This document shows positions 58,888-64,000 of a stretch of 64,000 nt of DNA, piece after piece (positions within the stretch are counted from its first letter, which is position 1; each line of letters starts with the position of its first letter). Source of the stretch: an uncultured Verrucomicrobiae bacterium. Its GTDB lineage: Bacteria > Verrucomicrobiota > Verrucomicrobiia > Chthoniobacterales > Chthoniobacteraceae. The notes below the pieces were generated by a model. It was given only the letters and a program-made list of their open reading frames with translations, was not told the DNA's origin and searched no databases. The translations under genes were made by a program, and so were the position numbers. The stretch covers positions 384,001 through 448,000 of the forward strand of contig CAWIKF010000001.1 in assembly GCA_963836755.1 (NCBI GenBank). Direction: 5' to 3'.

Positions 58888-59820
58888 ATGGAACTACGAG
58901 AAAAAATATTCGTCGCTTATTGTTATCCCGACAAAAAGTGGCTCGACCGCCTGCAGCCCGCACTCGCGGAGCTGGCTGTGGCGCCGGACATCATCGTCTG
59001 GGACGAAAGGAAATTGCGCGCGAGCAAACTTTGGTGCCAGGAGCTGCCGCGGATTCTGGCGGAGAGCAAAATCGCGCTGATGCTGGTCAGCGATCTTTTC
59101 TTGGAATCGGATTTCATCCGCGTCGCGAAAATGCCTGCGCGATTTGCTGCCGAGCGCGCGGCTGGTTTGCACGGTGGTTGGGTGCTAATCACACATTGCC
59201 GCTACGAATCTGCAGGGCTCGATGAAGCGCTTGCGGTCAACGATCTCGACCGGCCTTTCGATGCATTGAATGTCGCGCAACGCGAAAATGTGGCAGCGGG
59301 AATCGGGCGAAAGTTGCGCAAGATCGCCGGCATCGTCGAACCCGCGAAGCCGGTAGAAACGCCGGCTGAGCCGAGCTTTTCCAAAACCAAAAAGTCGGTC
59401 GCAGAAAACGCGGAGGAGCCAACTTTGTTTAACGAAGAGCTGGCGAGCGAACCAGAGCCCGCGGCAAAAGCTGCGCCGCAATTTTTGTCCGAACTCAGCA
59501 CGATCATCGCGGCGCGGCGCCAGAACACCGGCGAACTGCGGCGGCTCGCGCGATGGGGAATGCTCGCGTCGCTCGTAGTCATTGCGATCGCGCTGCTGGT
59601 CGTGCTGCTCACCGGCAGCCTTTCGCTGCTGTTGATGATTGCTGGATTTGGATTTTTCATCGCGTCGATGGTTTTCGCCTTGCGAAAGCGCATCGAATTT
59701 CTCGCACAAAGTATCGTCGGCATGCGTTATATCCGCACCGGCATCAGCGAAGGCAGCCTGCCTGAGCGGCAGCGCGCGGCCTTGACGCAAAAGGCGATGG
59801 ACATTGTCGGCGAAACCTGA
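58888..59820 (+). CDS. TIR-domain protein with two C-terminal transmembrane helices
   Basis: IFVAY..DKKWLDRL, VWDERKL....W..EL...L....IALMLVS..FL.SDFI follow the TIR_2 pattern; then a Pro/Glu linker and a hydrophobic hairpin. Confidence 0.8.
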   Translation: MELREKIFVAYCYPDKKWLDRLQPALAELAVAPDIIVWDERKLRASKLWCQELPRILAESKIALMLVSDLFLESDFIRVAKMPARFAAERAAGLHGGWVLITHCRYESAGLDEALAVNDLDRPFDALNVAQRENVAAGIGRKLRKIAGIVEPAKPVETPAEPSFSKTKKSVAENAEEPTLFNEELASEPEPAAKAAPQFLSELSTIIAARRQNTGELRRLARWGMLASLVVIAIALLVVLLTGSLSLLLMIAGFGFFIASMVFALRKRIEFLAQSIVGMRYIRTGISEGSLPERQRAALTQKAMDIVGET

Positions 59821-59832
59821 GGACGCAATATT

Positions 59833-60678
59833 ATGAGCCAACCAAATCTGCCTAACGCCGATTTCGATCAATCTTTTTCAAAGGCGAGCTTGCGCGAAAA
59901 AAAGCTGCGTCAAAGTGCGACGTTCGCGCTCGTCGTGCCAGCGGTCGTCGGCGCGCTGTGGCTGATTTATTCCGTAAGCCAGGTGACGACGTGGGTTTCT
60001 CGATCGCATGAAATCCGACAGCGCGAAGCTGCCGTCGAGCAGCGCGAAAAAGATGCGAAGCGGCATGTCGCGGAGGCAGATCAGCATCGCGCCGAGGCCG
60101 AGGCGCTCGCGCACACTTCGCAGCAAAAGGCGGCGGCGGCGCAACAGCACGCGGACGATGTGGAGCAGCGGCTTGTCAAGGTTCGCAGTGAAATCGGCGC
60201 ACTCGGGACTTTGATCCCAGACTTCAATTCCGCTCGCGCGAAAGCGGCGAAGCTTATGGCAAGCGAAGCGCTCGAAACGCAGCTCATGGAAATGCGCGCG
60301 GCCGTCGGTCGCACGCTCGGCCGGATGGAGCAGCAGATCGACACGGCGCTGCCGGAGGCCGAGCAAAAAACGCGCGTTTACATTTTTCTCGCCGACGAAA
60401 GCGAGCGCGATAAAGCGGCTGCGCTCAAGACAAAACTCGAGAGCGCTCGATTCGATGTGCCGGCAGTCACCAAAAACACTTCGCGGCGAATCGATGGAGT
60501 CGAAGTTCGATTTTTCCGCGAGCAGGATAAAGCTGATGCCGCGCAGCTTGCCGGACTCGTCGACGAGCAGCTCGCGCTCTCGGGCGATAAGCCGATTTAC
60601 ACTTCGGATTCAGATTTCGCTGCGGGCGGGAAAAAGTTCCAAGTCTGGATTGGGAGAACGGCTGCTCAAACACATTGA
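59833..60678 (+). CDS. Membrane-anchored coiled-coil protein with C-terminal LytR_C/SPOR-like alpha/beta domain
   Basis: N-terminal TM helix, long coiled coil, and RVYIFL..ERDKA..L..FDVP..EVRFF..D..FQVWI. Confidence 0.65.
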   Translation: MSQPNLPNADFDQSFSKASLREKKLRQSATFALVVPAVVGALWLIYSVSQVTTWVSRSHEIRQREAAVEQREKDAKRHVAEADQHRAEAEALAHTSQQKAAAAQQHADDVEQRLVKVRSEIGALGTLIPDFNSARAKAAKLMASEALETQLMEMRAAVGRTLGRMEQQIDTALPEAEQKTRVYIFLADESERDKAAALKTKLESARFDVPAVTKNTSRRIDGVEVRFFREQDKADAAQLAGLVDEQLALSGDKPIYTSDSDFAAGGKKFQVWIGRTAAQTH

Positions 60679-60746
60679 TAGACCTCTGTTTTCGCGCGAA
60701 AGTTCCTTCCTTGATGCAGGCCGCTCCGTTTTCTAATTTCTCGCGG

Positions 60747-61205
60747 ATGAAAATTTTCAGCGCACTTGCTTTTTTGATGTCGGCCATTTCAGCGAGTGCG
60801 GCCAGTTATTCCGATACGGAAGCGGCGAATCACGAAGGCGAAAATGCTGAGGTGCATGGAAAAGTTTTTGACGTGCATGTGACGCAGTCGGGAATGGTGA
60901 TGATCAACTTCGGCGCAAAATATCCCGCGCAAACTTTCACCGCAGTGATTTTTCCGGATCACGCAAATCAATTTCCCGATCCCGAAAAATTCCTTGGCGC
61001 GACGCTTTCCGTGAGCGGCGAAATCAAGTCGCACCATAACAAACCGGAGCTGGTTGTGGATGCGCCAGCGCAACTCAAGGTGCTCGCGGAAGCGCCGGCC
61101 GCCACGCCTGCGCCCGCGCCAGTTGCGGGCGCTGCGGGAAAATCCGCGGAAACGATTGTTGGGCCCGACGGCGTCACTCGCCGCATCGTTCCATTCTCGT
61201 TTTGA
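60747..61205 (+). CDS. Secreted OB-fold protein
   Basis: Signal peptide; V.GKV..V, INFGAKYP.QTFTAVIF and VSGEI....KPELVV motifs. Confidence 0.75.
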   Translation: MKIFSALAFLMSAISASAASYSDTEAANHEGENAEVHGKVFDVHVTQSGMVMINFGAKYPAQTFTAVIFPDHANQFPDPEKFLGATLSVSGEIKSHHNKPELVVDAPAQLKVLAEAPAATPAPAPVAGAAGKSAETIVGPDGVTRRIVPFSF

Positions 61206-61228
61206 AGTAGAACGGCGCGCGTCGCCGA

Positions 61229-61771
61229 CTACTGGGAGGAGTTCGGATGCTGCTGCAGAAACGCTTTTCGCTGCCGCGTCTCTTCGTCGAGGCGTGCCTT
61301 GTGCGCGAGTTGCTCCGCCGTCGGATTGAGAATCGACGAAGTCGGCGGCACATCCGGCAGCGCCGGATAACCCGGGAGATGCGCGCCTTGCAGCGGCCCT
61401 GAAGCCTCGAGGTGACCAATCTGAAGACCGGTCTGCGATTTTGTTGAAGACGTGGAAGTGGTCGTTAGGTTCGCGGCCGGGTCAGGCTGACTGGCAAGCG
61501 AAAGAGCCGGCCGGTTCTGCTTTGACGCCGGATCATCCGAAAGCGGATCACTGAGTTGATTTAAATAAGCGCGATAACCCTGAAAAATTTCCTCGATCAC
61601 ATTTTTGTGTTCGGTCGCGAATTGCTGGACCTGCGCGGCCGTGGCCGCATCCTGATTTTTTGACGCTTGCGTGACGACTTGCTGAAGCAGGTCATCGTTT
61701 TCATCGGCGCGAACGGCTTCCGATGCAACGCCTGCGAATATGCAGGTGATCGAAAAGATTGCTGCTTTCAT
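61229..61771 (-). CDS. Secreted hypothetical protein
   Basis: Signal peptide ending VRA, followed by a low-complexity body. Confidence 0.6.
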   Translation of the reverse strand: MKAAIFSITCIFAGVASEAVRADENDDLLQQVVTQASKNQDAATAAQVQQFATEHKNVIEEIFQGYRAYLNQLSDPLSDDPASKQNRPALSLASQPDPAANLTTTSTSSTKSQTGLQIGHLEASGPLQGAHLPGYPALPDVPPTSSILNPTAEQLAHKARLDEETRQRKAFLQQHPNSSQ

Positions 61772-61850
61772 CGTCGCGCTTTCTTTCGTGAATCATACGC
61801 CGCTTTGCGCGGGGATACAGCGCAATCCTTCGGCAGGAATTCAACGCGCG

Positions 61851-62997
61851 TCAAAGTTCATCCACGTTTGCGCCAGCGCCTTTTTTCGCGACGAGGCCGC
61901 GCAATTTTCCGTGGATGAATTCACTGATGTCGCCATCCATCACCGCCTGCACATTGCCGGTCTGCACGCCGGTGCGGTGGTCCTTCACCATTTGATACGG
62001 CTGAAAAACGTAGCTGCGAATCTGGTTTCCCCATGCGATGTCGCCCTTCTCGCCGTATTGGCGGTCGAGCTCCGCGCGCTTTTTATCCTGCTCGAGCTGG
62101 AAAAGTTTCGCCTTCAACATGCGCATCGCCAGCTCGCGGTTGCGGCCCTGGCTTCGCTCGGCCTGGCACGCGACGACGATGCCCGTCGGCTTATGCACAA
62201 GTCTCACAGCCGTCTCCACTTTGTTAACATTCTGTCCGCCCTTGCCGCCGCTGCGAAAAGTGTCGAGCTCAATGTCGACGGGATTGATTTCCACCGGTTC
62301 GCTCTCAGCAATTTCCGGCACGACATCGACGCTCGCGAACGAAGTGTGCCGCCGCTTGTTCGCGTCGAACGGCGAAATGCGCACGAGGCGATGCACGCCG
62401 CGCTCGGTCTGCAAATAGCCATACGCGTGCTCGCCTTGCACGAGCAGCGTCACGGATTTCACGCCGACTTCGTCGCCCGTTTGAATATCGACCGTCTGGC
62501 TTTTGTAGCCGTTGCGCTCGATCCAGCGTTGATACATCCGCAGCAGCATGTCCGCCCAGTCGCACGATTCCGTGCCGCCCGCGCCGGAGTGGATCGTCAT
62601 AAAAGCGTTCGCGCGATCATGCTCGCCGCCGAGCAAACTGCTCATCTCGATCGCCTCGAGCTGCTGCAAAACGGCAGCCTGCTCGCTCGCGACTTCCGCA
62701 GTCGCTGAGGCTTGCGCGGCCGGCTCCGTTTCTTCCTCCGCGAGCGATTTTAAAATCTCCAGATCATCGAGCCGCTGTTCCAGCGCAAGCAGCGGCGTGA
62801 TTTTTCCGCGAATCAATGAGACCTGCTCGACCTGCTGTTGCGCGCGATCCTTGTTCGTCCAGAAGTCGGCCGCGCTCATCGCGGCCTCGAGTTCGCTCAG
62901 TTGCGCCTGAAGTTTCGGCAGGTCAAAGATACCTCCGCAGTTCGCCGACGCGGGTTTTGAGAGCAGTGGTGTCGATGGCTTGGAGGTCGGTGGACAT
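61851..62997 (-). CDS. prfB: Peptide chain release factor 2 with programmed +1 frameshift
   Basis: MSTDL..ELRRYL followed by GGAGG-TAT-CTT-TGA-C at 62936-62922; SPF anticodon motif and GGQ in the second frame. Confidence 0.97.
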
Positions 62998-62999
62998 TG

Positions 63000-63365
63000 C
63001 TAATTGTTTTTGCGGAAATTGTTTTTGTCGACCGGCGAAGCGGCGGCGGAATCAAACCGAAAAATCGTCTCGCCGTCCTTCATCAAATCGAGCCGGTCGC
63101 GCGCGATCGTTTCGACGTAGGCGGGGTCATTTTTTAAAAGTTCCACCACGCGCGTGCGCTCGTCGACGATTTGTTTTTCGTGCGCGAGATCGGCGCGAAG
63201 CTGCTCCACACGGGCGTTCTGGTCGCGTTGCAATTTCAGCTCCGGCAGAAATGCGCAGACGATCAGCGTCACAATCGCGAATGCGATCAGCGCCATCATC
63301 AGGCGGTTGAGCGAGTGCCAGACGCCCCGTTCGCGCCGCTGCTGGAAATCGCCGTAGTCGTTCAT
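63000..63365 (-). CDS. Septum formation initiator (FtsB/DivIC family)
   Basis: TM helix, coiled coil and DPAYVETIARDRLDLMKDGE. Confidence 0.85.
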   Translation of the reverse strand: MNDYGDFQQRRERGVWHSLNRLMMALIAFAIVTLIVCAFLPELKLQRDQNARVEQLRADLAHEKQIVDERTRVVELLKNDPAYVETIARDRLDLMKDGETIFRFDSAAASPVDKNNFRKNN

Positions 63366-63446
63366 GAATCCTGCCGCACTTTGACGCGCGCTCGATTATT
63401 TGTCACGAAACCAGCGCGCAAAAATGGTGCGAAAATGTTTCGCGGC

Positions 63447-64000
63447 TTATTCCTGATCGGTCTCGATGATGCTTTCATCCGACTGCGTCACGCGGACGAT
63501 TTCCTCGATCGTCGTCTGGCCCAGCCCCACGCGCCGCCACCCATCTTCGCGCAGCGTGCCCATGCCTTGTTGAATCGCGCGTTGCTTCAATTCGCTGCCC
63601 GGAGCTTTTTTAATGACGAGCCGCCGCATCGGCTCGTTGACGACGCAAAATTCGTAAATCGCCGCGCGTCCGCGATATCCAGTTTGCCGGCAATGATCGC
63701 AGCCGGAGCCGCGGTAAAATTTGAAATCAGGCGGAAACGTAACGCCGAGTTCACGCAAATATTCCACCGGATACGTCACCGTTTTTTTGCAATCGGGACA
63801 GATCAAACGCACGAGCCGCTGCGCCACAAACGCGCGCACGACCGATGCGAGCAGAAACGGCTCGACGCCCATGTCCATCAAGCGCGTGATGCCGCCTACC
63901 GCGTCGTTTGTGTGCAAAGTGCTAAACACCAGATGGCCCGTCATCGCCGCGCGAATCGCGATCTCGGCCGTTTCAAAATCGCGGATTTCTCCGACCATCA
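63447..64000 (-). CDS. GspE/PilB-family secretion ATPase, C-terminal part; 5' end outside window
   Basis: [31 protein letters not shown] and GYRGR motifs. Confidence 0.93.
   Translation of the reverse strand, partial: MVGEIRDFETAEIAIRAAMTGHLVFSTLHTNDAVGGITRLMDMGVEPFLLASVVRAFVAQRLVRLICPDCKKTVTYPVEYLRELGVTFPPDFKFYRGSGCDHCRQTGYRGRAAIYEFCVVNEPMRRLVIKKAPGSELKQRAIQQGMGTLREDGWRRVGLGQTTIEEIVRVTQSDESIIETDQE

Noticed and set aside
63447..64000. Conjugative or mobile-element ATPase
   Set aside because: The motifs are those of chromosomal GspE/PilB, the neighbours are housekeeping genes, and the window has no mobility genes.

Overview
A gene-dense, GC-rich bacterial chromosomal segment, most likely Verrucomicrobiota (Spartobacteria/Chthoniobacter-like). 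This is inferred from the L28 form, the double-length UvrA and the Lys/Ala/Pro-rich RpoD N-terminus. It is mostly housekeeping: glgE, dnaG-rpoD, lipA, lpxK, thrB, rph, gmd, rpmB, uvrA, lgt, split metH, acs, mpl, ispD, tig-clpP-clpX, pyc, proBA, and prfB with its programmed frameshift. I found no tRNA, rRNA, CRISPR array, integrase or transposase. Seven reading-frame breaks outside prfB are all +1 single-base insertions, so they are probably sequencing errors. The best leads are: (1) a sigma54 promoter driving an ORF-less ~88-nt transcript with an A/C-rich loop and an intrinsic terminator (candidate sRNA, 44432-44546); (2) a DUF2946/CruR-like CxxC and polyproline leader ORF in front of a Cys/His-rich outer-membrane protein (candidate metal-sensing translational control); (3) a 41-bp tandem hairpin array upstream of that pair; (4) a membrane-anchored TIR protein lacking its catalytic Glu, paired with a coiled-coil membrane protein; (5) an orphan anti-sigma/DUF3106-like pair behind an ECF-type promoter; (6) a heptamer inverted repeat filling the thrB/rph intergenic region. 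All family calls are from motif recognition by eye; no searches were run.
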